64,000 nt of DNA from a virus (Duplodnaviria > Caudoviricetes): IMG/VR virus record IMGVR_UViG_3300037400_002699, positions 32,001-96,000 of that record. One strand, written 5' to 3'. This document shows positions 56,231 through 64,000 of this stretch, piece after piece. Under the pieces are notes generated by a model. The model did not search any database. It was given only the letters and a program-made list of their open reading frames with translations, and was not told the DNA's origin. Positions within the stretch are counted from its first letter, which is position 1. The number at the start of each line of letters is the position of its first letter. The position numbers were made by a program, and so were the translations under genes.

Positions 56231-58834
56231 ATGAAGTATTTTAGAATATTTAAAGACACTGAGGAATATATAGAGTATATGGCAAGTCCATACGCTATAT
56301 TGCCAAATGTGGCGTATTGTAAGGATGGATATAGTTACATAGCAGGAGAAGTAACTCCTCCAACACCTGTGGATGTAACTGGTGTAACAATTAATACAGT
56401 ATCAACCACAATATATGTTGGCTCAACATATCAATTGGTTGCAACAGTATTGCCAATTAATGCAACTGATAAGGCTGTTACTTGGTCATCAAGTGATAGT
56501 ACTATCGCTACAGTATCAAATAACGGTTTGGTAACAGCACTTACAACTGGTGCAACAACTATTACAGTAACAACACATGATGGAAGCTATACAGCATCTT
56601 GCGCAGTAGCTGTAGAAGAGGCTACCGTTACAACATTGACAATTGTTGGAGCACCTTCTATTAGTGCAGAAACTTGTAATTATGAGGCAATTGGAGACAA
56701 TTCAGAAGATGTCACATCATCTGCAACTTGGAGTATTACTTCTGGTTCACAATATGCAACCATTAATCCTAACAATGGTATCGTTACCATTTTGAATGGT
56801 GCAAATAAATCAAATGTAACAATACAAGCAGAATATGCTGGCTTAACGGCAACTACAAATGTGACGCTGACTTATGTTAGTGGGGCTACATCTGAAACTG
56901 AAACAGAATCTACAACAGATATTGGTGGCAACACAACTACAGTCACAACAACTGTTACTACAAAACAAGATGGCTCAAAAGTAGAGGTAACAGAAACTGT
57001 TATTACTGATGCCAATGGCGACTTAATTGGTACTAGTAAGAGCAATAAAACTATTAATACTGATGGTTCTTATAATGGTACTACAACCAATTATGATGCT
57101 GAAGGTAATCCAATGGACGGTAGCAATGTGACTGGTGATACTGAGGGTAATGTAAGCACTCAGACCATTGAATATGATGGTAGCGGTAATGCTACCGTAA
57201 CTGGATACGATATTGATACAAGTGGTAGTGAAAGTGGTAAGACATTCAATAGTGGTGGTACAAATACAGAATATTATGCATTTGACTTAACTCACGGATT
57301 TATACTTGACTTTGATTTCACAATTGACTTCAGTAATCAGCCATCTGGCCAAAGTGAAAATCACCATAATATATTAACTGCTAAGAGAGCAAATCCAGAA
57401 CCTTGGTATGGATTCCAAATAAGACAAACTAGTTCAAATAAGTATATACAACTTGGAACACAGTTTACGACTGGTAGTAATATCAATACAAATATAAATC
57501 CATCATCTATTACTGGTAATGTTGGAAGTTATAGTTTGAGAATAGTATATGACCCAAATTTAAGTGGAAATAAGTTTGTATGCACTAATATGGTAACTGG
57601 TAATGAAATTTATAGTAGTACTGGAACATTCCCAGATTTACCAGAGCTTAAATATCTTAGAATAACCATTGGTAATGCAACTGACGGTGACGGAAATCCT
57701 TTCAGATATTCAAACATTACCGTGTCTAAATTTGAATTGAAGAAACTTAAGTATGTTGCTAATCCAACAATGGCTTATGAGAATGGTACTGTTGTAATAA
57801 GTTGTAGTACAGTTGGTGCTAGCATATATTACAGATTGAATTTATCTGGTTCTTACAGTGCATATACAACGCCAATTACAATAACAGCAGATACTGTTGT
57901 CCAAGCATATGCTACATATAGTGGCGACACAAGTGATATAATTAGAGAAGACTTTAAGATAGTTGATGTAACTGGTGTTACTCTCAGTGACAACTCAATA
58001 TCAATTATAGAGGGTAGAACATATACCTTATCTGCAACAGTTTTACCAAATAATGCGTTGAATAAAAATGTTACTTGGTCATCAAGTGACAGCAATGTTG
58101 CCTCAGTAGACTCAAATGGTGTTGTGAGTGGTGTTTCATCTGGTAGTGCTACTATAACAGTAACAACTCACGATGGTGGCTATACAGCACAATGTGCAGT
58201 TAGTGTATCAGCTTCACCATACACAGAACTTGAATATATTGAAAGTACAAGTGATGGCGGACAATATATTGATTTGGATATAAAACTCTATGAAACGCTG
58301 AATACATGGTATGATGTTGCGACTAAGTTTATTGTAAAGGGACCTGGTTATGACAACCTCCAACCAACATTATTTGGCTGTCAAACCACATCTAAACCTT
58401 GGCCTGGCACGTTCATCAGAATGAATTCTATTGATGCGAAAAATGTCATTGGAAGATATATAGGAGGTTCTAATAAAGATAACACTTTAGGAAATATAAA
58501 TGCTATACTAGAATTACCAGTTAGAACAGCACCAGATAAAAACGTGTATAACTTGAACAATAGTAATCAAACACACCGTTGGGGTACGTCTTTATTCTGT
58601 ACTTTTGAAAGCGAGGATAAAACATCAGTAAGTAGGTTTATTAATGCAAGGCTATATTATTTCAAGTTATTCTTAAAGGCAAGTGCTAGTAGTGAAGGAA
58701 CATTGGTTAGAGACATGGTTCCTTGCAAGAGAAACTCAGATAATAAGGTAGGTTTACTTGATAAGGTTAATAATGTATTCTATGTTTCTCCAAATGGTGC
58801 TGAATTTGTTGGAGGACCAGAAGCTAGTGTATAA
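56231..58834 (+). CDS. Ig-like (Big_2) multidomain adhesin/fibre with shared N-terminal anchor
   Basis: Two Big_2 domains (LxATVLPxNAxxKxVTWSSSD..VA.V..G.V); Fn3-associated-like domain; lectin-like segments. Confidence 0.8.
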   Translation: MKYFRIFKDTEEYIEYMASPYAILPNVAYCKDGYSYIAGEVTPPTPVDVTGVTINTVSTTIYVGSTYQLVATVLPINATDKAVTWSSSDSTIATVSNNGLVTALTTGATTITVTTHDGSYTASCAVAVEEATVTTLTIVGAPSISAETCNYEAIGDNSEDVTSSATWSITSGSQYATINPNNGIVTILNGANKSNVTIQAEYAGLTATTNVTLTYVSGATSETETESTTDIGGNTTTVTTTVTTKQDGSKVEVTETVITDANGDLIGTSKSNKTINTDGSYNGTTTNYDAEGNPMDGSNVTGDTEGNVSTQTIEYDGSGNATVTGYDIDTSGSESGKTFNSGGTNTEYYAFDLTHGFILDFDFTIDFSNQPSGQSENHHNILTAKRANPEPWYGFQIRQTSSNKYIQLGTQFTTGSNINTNINPSSITGNVGSYSLRIVYDPNLSGNKFVCTNMVTGNEIYSSTGTFPDLPELKYLRITIGNATDGDGNPFRYSNITVSKFELKKLKYVANPTMAYENGTVVISCSTVGASIYYRLNLSGSYSAYTTPITITADTVVQAYATYSGDTSDIIREDFKIVDVTGVTLSDNSISIIEGRTYTLSATVLPNNALNKNVTWSSSDSNVASVDSNGVVSGVSSGSATITVTTHDGGYTAQCAVSVSASPYTELEYIESTSDGGQYIDLDIKLYETLNTWYDVATKFIVKGPGYDNLQPTLFGCQTTSKPWPGTFIRMNSIDAKNVIGRYIGGSNKDNTLGNINAILELPVRTAPDKNVYNLNNSNQTHRWGTSLFCTFESEDKTSVSRFINARLYYFKLFLKASASSEGTLVRDMVPCKRNSDNKVGLLDKVNNVFYVSPNGAEFVGGPEASV

Positions 58835-58855
58835 CGTCATTTAATAATATAAAAT

Positions 58856-61800
58856 ATGAAATATACAAAATTATTTAACAATCACAATGAATACGTGGCG
58901 TATACTGGTAGTACTGCATTTATACGCCCAAACGTATCATATTGCATATTAGAGGATGAACCTCACTGTACACCTCAGCATTTCTGCCAGGAAGTTCATA
59001 TATATGAGCTTATGGGAGAACCATCATACCCTTCAAGCGTTCCAGCAAGCGCAACATCATTTGATTTGTCGTTCAGTTATACTGATACATACACATCAAC
59101 AACGTGCGACCAAGGAAGCTTTATGGATGGAGACACAGTGACAATACCAATTGAGGAAAACCCATCAATGTCAGCAAGGACAATAAGCGGAACTTATGTT
59201 TTCCACGATATAAACATACCTTATAGTTTTACACAAGAAGGTAGGGAAGAATTGCCATATAATCAGCAGTATCTTACATTTGAGATATTGACTGGTGGAA
59301 CTATACTATGGAAGGCAGCAACTACTGCTGTGACTAGAACAATATCATACAGCGTGAACTATGGGGAATGGACTGAAATAACCTCTTCAACTGATGGAGT
59401 TGCAATTAATGTAAGTGCTGGTGACAAAGTTAGATTTAAAGGAACTAACCAAGCATATGGAACAGCAAAAGATACTGTTTCCACATTTAGCGGAAGTACC
59501 GCATCATTTGATGCATATGGTAATGCAATGAGCCTTATCGGTGGTGATGATTTCAGTGGTTTAACATCATTTACTACAGATTGGGCGTTCCACGATTTGC
59601 TCAACACAACCAATGTTGTATCAGCGAAGAATTTGATATTGCCAGTTACAACTCTTAGAAGTTATTGCTATCGTGCAATGTTCGCACACGCAAAACAGCT
59701 CGTAGAAGCGCCAGAGCTTCCTGCAACCACATTGGCTGCTAGTGGATATTGCTATATGTTCCAAGAATGTACAGCATTGCAGAAAGCACCAGACCTATTG
59801 GCTGAGAATATTGTTGGCGGCTGTTACATTGGTATGTTCAATAGCGCAAGCACGTTGAACTACATCAAATGTACTGCAACTGGTGGTGTTACAACTGGAA
59901 ACACCAAAGACTGGACAAAGACCGTATCAAATACTGGTACGTTTATAAGGGCATCTAATGTGAATTGGACAAGGGATGTAAATGGTGTTCCTGCTAGTTG
60001 GGAATTATATAATGATACAAACGTTGAAGCACCAACCATCTCATTTAATGGCTTTGAAACAATAACATTGTCTTGTGAAACTGAAGGTGCTGATATATTG
60101 TATAAACTAAATGATACAGGAGAATACAGTGCGTATACAACACCTATAATAATAAGCGAAGATACATTCATTGAAGCTTATGCTACATATAGCGGAGAGA
60201 CAAGTAGACCAATAAGTCAGACTTGTGTATATGTGAGTGATGTTCCTATTGAATACTCAAACAGAGACCTTAAGAAATGGCAGTATGGAGGACAAGAGAT
60301 TACAACCCCATATTCTGTTAACGCAATTGACGGACATTCTTCAAGTTATGCAAAGGGAACATTTACATTTGAAACAAGTTTTGCGTTAAAGGAAGCAGAA
60401 CCAACATATCTATGGTTTCAACACGCTGACCAATCAGCGGAGATATACATTGACAATACATTGGTTGAAAAGCACTGGGGAGGATATGCTGCATTCACAA
60501 GCGATATATCAGAATATGTTCACGAAGGTATTAATAGCGTAAAAGTTGCAATCAAGAACAATGAAGGTAATAACCTTGCGCCAGCAAGTGCTGACTTCAA
60601 CTTCAATGCGACTCTTGGTAATGTAAGGTTGCTTACAAGTCCATATGTTCCAGCAATGGAATATGGATATGACGGTTTCCATATCACTTCAACAGTGTCT
60701 GACGCAGAGGCAACTGTCAATATAAGGACAAGTGTTCCAACTGGTGCTACGTTGGTTTGTAAGATTGATGATGGTAATACCAATATATATTCTGCAACAA
60801 GCGCAAGTACTGGTGAGGAAATGACATTCACAAAGGTTATTGCAAACCCTCATCTATGGAATGGTAAATCAGACCCATATATGTATACAGTTACACTTGA
60901 GATATATGAAGGCAATGACTTGTATCATAGGTTTGTAAGACCTTATGGATTGAGATACTATGAATATGTAATCAATGATACTGAAAAAGTCGGAACAGTA
61001 AGTGAACCATATACTGGTTTCTTGCTCAATGGCTCTCCATATCTTCTTAGAGGTTGTTGTATGCACGATGACATAGATGGAAAGGCAAACGCATTGGATG
61101 AAACGGATTATGATAATACATTCGCTACCATACAAGAATTGGGGCTTAACTTCTTAAGGCTTGCTCACTATCCTCATCCGAAGGAGGTATATGACAGATG
61201 TGACAGACTTGGTATCGTAGTTCATACTGAAGGCCCTTGTGTTAATAAACTTCAGTCAACAATGCCAGCTGATTATTATACACACTTGACTGGTCAGTAT
61301 ACAGATATGGTTAATCAGCATTACAATCACCCTTGTATTTTCTTCTGGGGTCTTAGCAATGAGACGCAAACTGATGACAAGAACTTCGGTAAACAGAAGG
61401 TAGAGGAATACACAGCACTCATCAAGAGTCTTGACTCTGAGAGGATGGTAGGTTATGTACTTGCACAAGGAAACGGTACAAGTCCAAGTGCATATTACAA
61501 TGACCCATCCAACGTTGACTGGTTCGGATGCAACATATATGTGGGGTGGTACGACAGTCCAAATTCTAATACTCCTGTGTCTCAGATTAACACACGTCTT
61601 AACAATACCATCAATAGGGTTGGCAAACCAATGGCATACTCTGAGTATGGTTGTGGTGGTACTCCAACTTGTCACTCAGATGATTACATGACAACTACTA
61701 CAAGGGGTAACAAACCACGTCACGATATTGAATATATGATGTGGTTGCACGAAGGTCATATTGCAACTATAAAGCAATATCCTCAACTATTGTATACATC

Positions 61801-62209
61801 ACAGTGGCAGTTGTTTGATATTGCAGTTGCAAGCAGAAATGAGGGATATACAGAATGTCTTGACGGTGTGAATACATCAACGAATGATGCTCTTAGGAGA
61901 CTCAATGACAAGGGACTTGTGGAGAGAGACCACGTTACAAAGAAAGACCCATTCTATCTATATAAGGCTTGGTGGAATACGACACCGTTTGTGCATATAT
62001 GTCAGAAAAACTATACAAAGATGACTGATAGGGTTATCAAGTGCTACACAAACCAGACAACTGAGTTTGCGTTAAAAGTAAACGGAACAACGGTTGAAAC
62101 AAAGGCAGCAACTGATAACATTCTTACGTTTACAGGACATACATTCAGTAGTGGTGATGTAGTAACCGTTGAGAGTGGTAATATTAGTGATACATTTACA
62201 TTTGAATAA
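58856..62209 (+). CDS. GH2-family glycoside hydrolase fused to anchor, LRR-like and Fn3-like domains
   Basis: PHLWNG..DPY.Y; GLNFLRLAHYPH...YDRCDRLG; NHPCIFFWGLSNE (acid/base); SEYG (nucleophile); NDKGLV...KKDPFYLYK. Confidence 0.88.
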   Translation: MKYTKLFNNHNEYVAYTGSTAFIRPNVSYCILEDEPHCTPQHFCQEVHIYELMGEPSYPSSVPASATSFDLSFSYTDTYTSTTCDQGSFMDGDTVTIPIEENPSMSARTISGTYVFHDINIPYSFTQEGREELPYNQQYLTFEILTGGTILWKAATTAVTRTISYSVNYGEWTEITSSTDGVAINVSAGDKVRFKGTNQAYGTAKDTVSTFSGSTASFDAYGNAMSLIGGDDFSGLTSFTTDWAFHDLLNTTNVVSAKNLILPVTTLRSYCYRAMFAHAKQLVEAPELPATTLAASGYCYMFQECTALQKAPDLLAENIVGGCYIGMFNSASTLNYIKCTATGGVTTGNTKDWTKTVSNTGTFIRASNVNWTRDVNGVPASWELYNDTNVEAPTISFNGFETITLSCETEGADILYKLNDTGEYSAYTTPIIISEDTFIEAYATYSGETSRPISQTCVYVSDVPIEYSNRDLKKWQYGGQEITTPYSVNAIDGHSSSYAKGTFTFETSFALKEAEPTYLWFQHADQSAEIYIDNTLVEKHWGGYAAFTSDISEYVHEGINSVKVAIKNNEGNNLAPASADFNFNATLGNVRLLTSPYVPAMEYGYDGFHITSTVSDAEATVNIRTSVPTGATLVCKIDDGNTNIYSATSASTGEEMTFTKVIANPHLWNGKSDPYMYTVTLEIYEGNDLYHRFVRPYGLRYYEYVINDTEKVGTVSEPYTGFLLNGSPYLLRGCCMHDDIDGKANALDETDYDNTFATIQELGLNFLRLAHYPHPKEVYDRCDRLGIVVHTEGPCVNKLQSTMPADYYTHLTGQYTDMVNQHYNHPCIFFWGLSNETQTDDKNFGKQKVEEYTALIKSLDSERMVGYVLAQGNGTSPSAYYNDPSNVDWFGCNIYVGWYDSPNSNTPVSQINTRLNNTINRVGKPMAYSEYGCGGTPTCHSDDYMTTTTRGNKPRHDIEYMMWLHEGHIATIKQYPQLLYTSQWQLFDIAVASRNEGYTECLDGVNTSTNDALRRLNDKGLVERDHVTKKDPFYLYKAWWNTTPFVHICQKNYTKMTDRVIKCYTNQTTEFALKVNGTTVETKAATDNILTFTGHTFSSGDVVTVESGNISDTFTFE

Positions 62210-62214
62210 TATTA

Positions 62215-62250
62215 ATGAGGAATTGTTTGAGTACAGTTCCTCATTTTTTA
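62215..62250 (+). terminator. Repeated terminator A (copy 3 of 3)
   Basis: ATGAGGAATTGT-TTGAGT-ACAGTTCCTCATTTTTT. Confidence 0.8.
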
Positions 62251-62307
62251 TTTTTCATCAAATATTTATATAGAAATGAATAATAAGTTTTAAACAATAT
62301 AACTAAT

Positions 62308-63705
62308 ATGGCAATTTATTTAAAGAAATTCAGTACTCATCAAGAGTATGAGGCGTTCACAGCTACAACAGCATTCATAAAACCTAACGTATCAATATGT
62401 ACAACAGAAGGTGATGTGCATTACAACCCACTTAAATGCGAAGAGTCATCAACGTATGAACTCGTTGGCACTCCTTCATATCCATCAGAGGTGGATGGAG
62501 CAAACACATCATTCGATATGACATTCAATTATAAAAGGACTGACATAAATGAGAAATGTAAAGAGACGATTACAGAAGGCAGTGACACTGTAACTGTAGA
62601 GATTGGCACAAATCCAAGCACAGCAAGTTCAAGGACAGTTGAAGGCACTTATGACTATCATGGATTGGAGATTGCATACAGCGTTACGCAGACCAAGTTT
62701 GAAGCTAAGATAACTGCAAAAGTTAATGTAACTGATACAAGCAGTCCAACGAGGATTGCAAGTGGTACAAGTAATATCTCTGCTATTGAGATAGATGGTG
62801 TCAAGCAAGGCAGTGTAACGACTGGCTATACGTTTGATGCTGTTGGTGAACATACAGTTAAGTATACATTGAAAGACCAAACAAGTATTGGCCGATATGA
62901 TTTTGCTGGTTGTAGTAGTCTTACAAGTATAGATATACCAAATAGTGTAACAAGTATTGATAGTAGTACTTTCGAACGTTGCAGTGGTCTTACAAGTTGT
63001 ACCATAGGTAGTGGTGTTACAAGTATTGGTCAGAGTGCTTTCTCTTATTGTACTAGTCTTACAAGTATAGATATACCAAGTGGTGTTACAAGTATTGGTC
63101 AGAGTGCTTTCAATGGTTGTAGTAGACTTACAAGTTGTACAATAGGTAATGGTGTTACAAGTATAGGTAATTATGCTTTCGTTTCTTGTAGAAGTCTTAC
63201 AAGTATAGATATACCAAGTGGTGTTACAAGTATTGGTCAGAGTGCTTTCCAAGATTGTAGTAGTCTTACAAGTATAGATATACCAAGTGGTGTTACAAGT
63301 ATTGGTCGGAGTGCTTTCGATTTTTGTAGTAGTCTTACAAGTATAAACATACCAAATGGTGTTACAAGTATTGGTCAGAGTGCTTTCTTGAATTGTAATA
63401 GTCTTACAAGTATAGATATACCAAGTGGTGTTACAAGTATTGGTAATAGTGCTTTCTCTTATTGTAGTAGTCTTACAAGCATAGAAATCCCAAGTGGTGT
63501 TACAAGTATTGGTGATGAAACTTTCAGATATTGTACTAGACTTACAAGTGTAACAATTAATGCAACCACACCTCCAACATTGGTAGCCAGCGCTTTTTAT
63601 AACACTAACAATTGTCCGATATATGTTCCATCAGCGAGTGTTGAAACATATAAGTCTACAAGTGGTTGGAGTTCGTATGCAAGTAGAATACAAGCAATAC
63701 CTTAA
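62308..63705 (+). CDS. BspA-type (LRR_5) leucine-rich repeat protein with shared N-terminal anchor
   Basis: About ten 23-aa/69-nt repeats; C-terminal cap IYVPSASVETYKSTSGWSSYASRIQAI. Confidence 0.9.
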   Translation: MAIYLKKFSTHQEYEAFTATTAFIKPNVSICTTEGDVHYNPLKCEESSTYELVGTPSYPSEVDGANTSFDMTFNYKRTDINEKCKETITEGSDTVTVEIGTNPSTASSRTVEGTYDYHGLEIAYSVTQTKFEAKITAKVNVTDTSSPTRIASGTSNISAIEIDGVKQGSVTTGYTFDAVGEHTVKYTLKDQTSIGRYDFAGCSSLTSIDIPNSVTSIDSSTFERCSGLTSCTIGSGVTSIGQSAFSYCTSLTSIDIPSGVTSIGQSAFNGCSRLTSCTIGNGVTSIGNYAFVSCRSLTSIDIPSGVTSIGQSAFQDCSSLTSIDIPSGVTSIGRSAFDFCSSLTSINIPNGVTSIGQSAFLNCNSLTSIDIPSGVTSIGNSAFSYCSSLTSIEIPSGVTSIGDETFRYCTRLTSVTINATTPPTLVASAFYNTNNCPIYVPSASVETYKSTSGWSSYASRIQAIP

Positions 63706-63720
63706 ACGGTATATATTAAG

Positions 63721-63750
63721 GAGTAATCAGAAATGGTTACTCTTTTTTAT
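63721..63750 (+). terminator. Repeated terminator B (copy 2 of 2)
   Basis: GAGTAATCA-GAAA-TGGTTACTC-TTTTTT. Confidence 0.8.
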
Positions 63751-63874
63751 TTGTTTTATGATATTTATATAGAAAGATATATTTTAATAGATTTTTAAAC
63801 AAGCTGGTATTCTTACCAATTTTTGAAATCTATATTTCTAATAATAAAAACTATTAAAAAAATAATAAGAAATT

Positions 63875-64000
63875 ATGACAAAAAATGCAAATTATGTCTC
63901 TCATAAGAAGAGCAAACAAATTGTTGACGGTAAGCCAAAACTACCGTTGGCATCTGCGTTGGTTGAAGGTGAGATAGCCGTCAACTTCGGTAAAGATGTT
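63875..64000 (+). CDS. 3'-truncated tail-fibre-like protein
   Basis: MTKNANYVSHKKSKQIVDGKPKLPLASALVEGEIAVNFGKDV; P...L.EGE.A.N is a typical fibre N-terminal motif. Confidence 0.6.
   Translation, partial: MTKNANYVSHKKSKQIVDGKPKLPLASALVEGEIAVNFGKDV

Noticed and set aside
55050-63545. Regularly spaced near-identical DNA repeats resembling a CRISPR array
   Set aside because: The period is 69 nt and in frame, encoding 23-aa LRRs. The variable parts are only a few codons, and no cas genes are present.
54784-63705. Diversity-generating retroelement acting on the LRR/fibre genes
   Set aside because: No reverse transcriptase in the window and no non-coding template repeat. Differences between repeats are not adenine-restricted. 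A DGR elsewhere in the genome cannot be excluded.
1-64000. Stop-codon reassignment, as seen in some gut Bacteroidota megaphages
   Set aside because: Long genes are intact in the standard code. TAG (25938, 31901) and TGA end genes at sensible positions next to terminators or promoters.
1-64000. tRNA/rRNA genes, integrase, transposase, group I/II introns, inteins
   Set aside because: No cloverleaf or T-loop signature was seen in the short intergenic gaps. Terminase, portal, capsid and helicase are uninterrupted. Checked by eye only.

Overview
This window is a segment of a large (jumbo-type) tailed dsDNA phage genome, read in the standard genetic code. The host is very likely a Bacteroidota bacterium: eight promoters match the Bacteroidota TTTG-N19-20-TAnnTTTG consensus. 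About 1-20 kb holds early, host-promoter-driven genes: metallophosphoesterases, dNMP kinase, thioredoxin, SF1 helicase, nucleotidyltransferase, Thg1-like protein, retropepsin, GNATs, ClpC, KTSC, MazG-like, ThyA and PD-(D/E)xK nucleases. About 20-44 kb is a T4-like head module (large terminase, portal, inverted prohead protease, scaffold, major capsid) surrounded by putative internal head proteins. About 44-64 kb encodes fibre/adhesin-like proteins (BspA-type LRRs, Ig-like domains, a GH2 glycosidase), a low-GC glycosyltransferase island and a free-standing endonuclease. Two modular systems stand out. (1) A ~22-26 aa leader (KKxIRLTExDLHxIVKESVKKILKE) is grafted onto about ten unrelated late-promoter genes, including a 1591-aa ART/GNAT/nucleotidyltransferase polyprotein punctuated by prohead-protease-like sites. 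This looks like a capsid cargo-loading and injection system. (2) A separate ~40 aa N-terminal anchor is shared by four adjacent adhesin/glycosidase genes that sit in cassettes flanked by repeated terminators. All family calls come from motif recognition by eye; no database searches were run.
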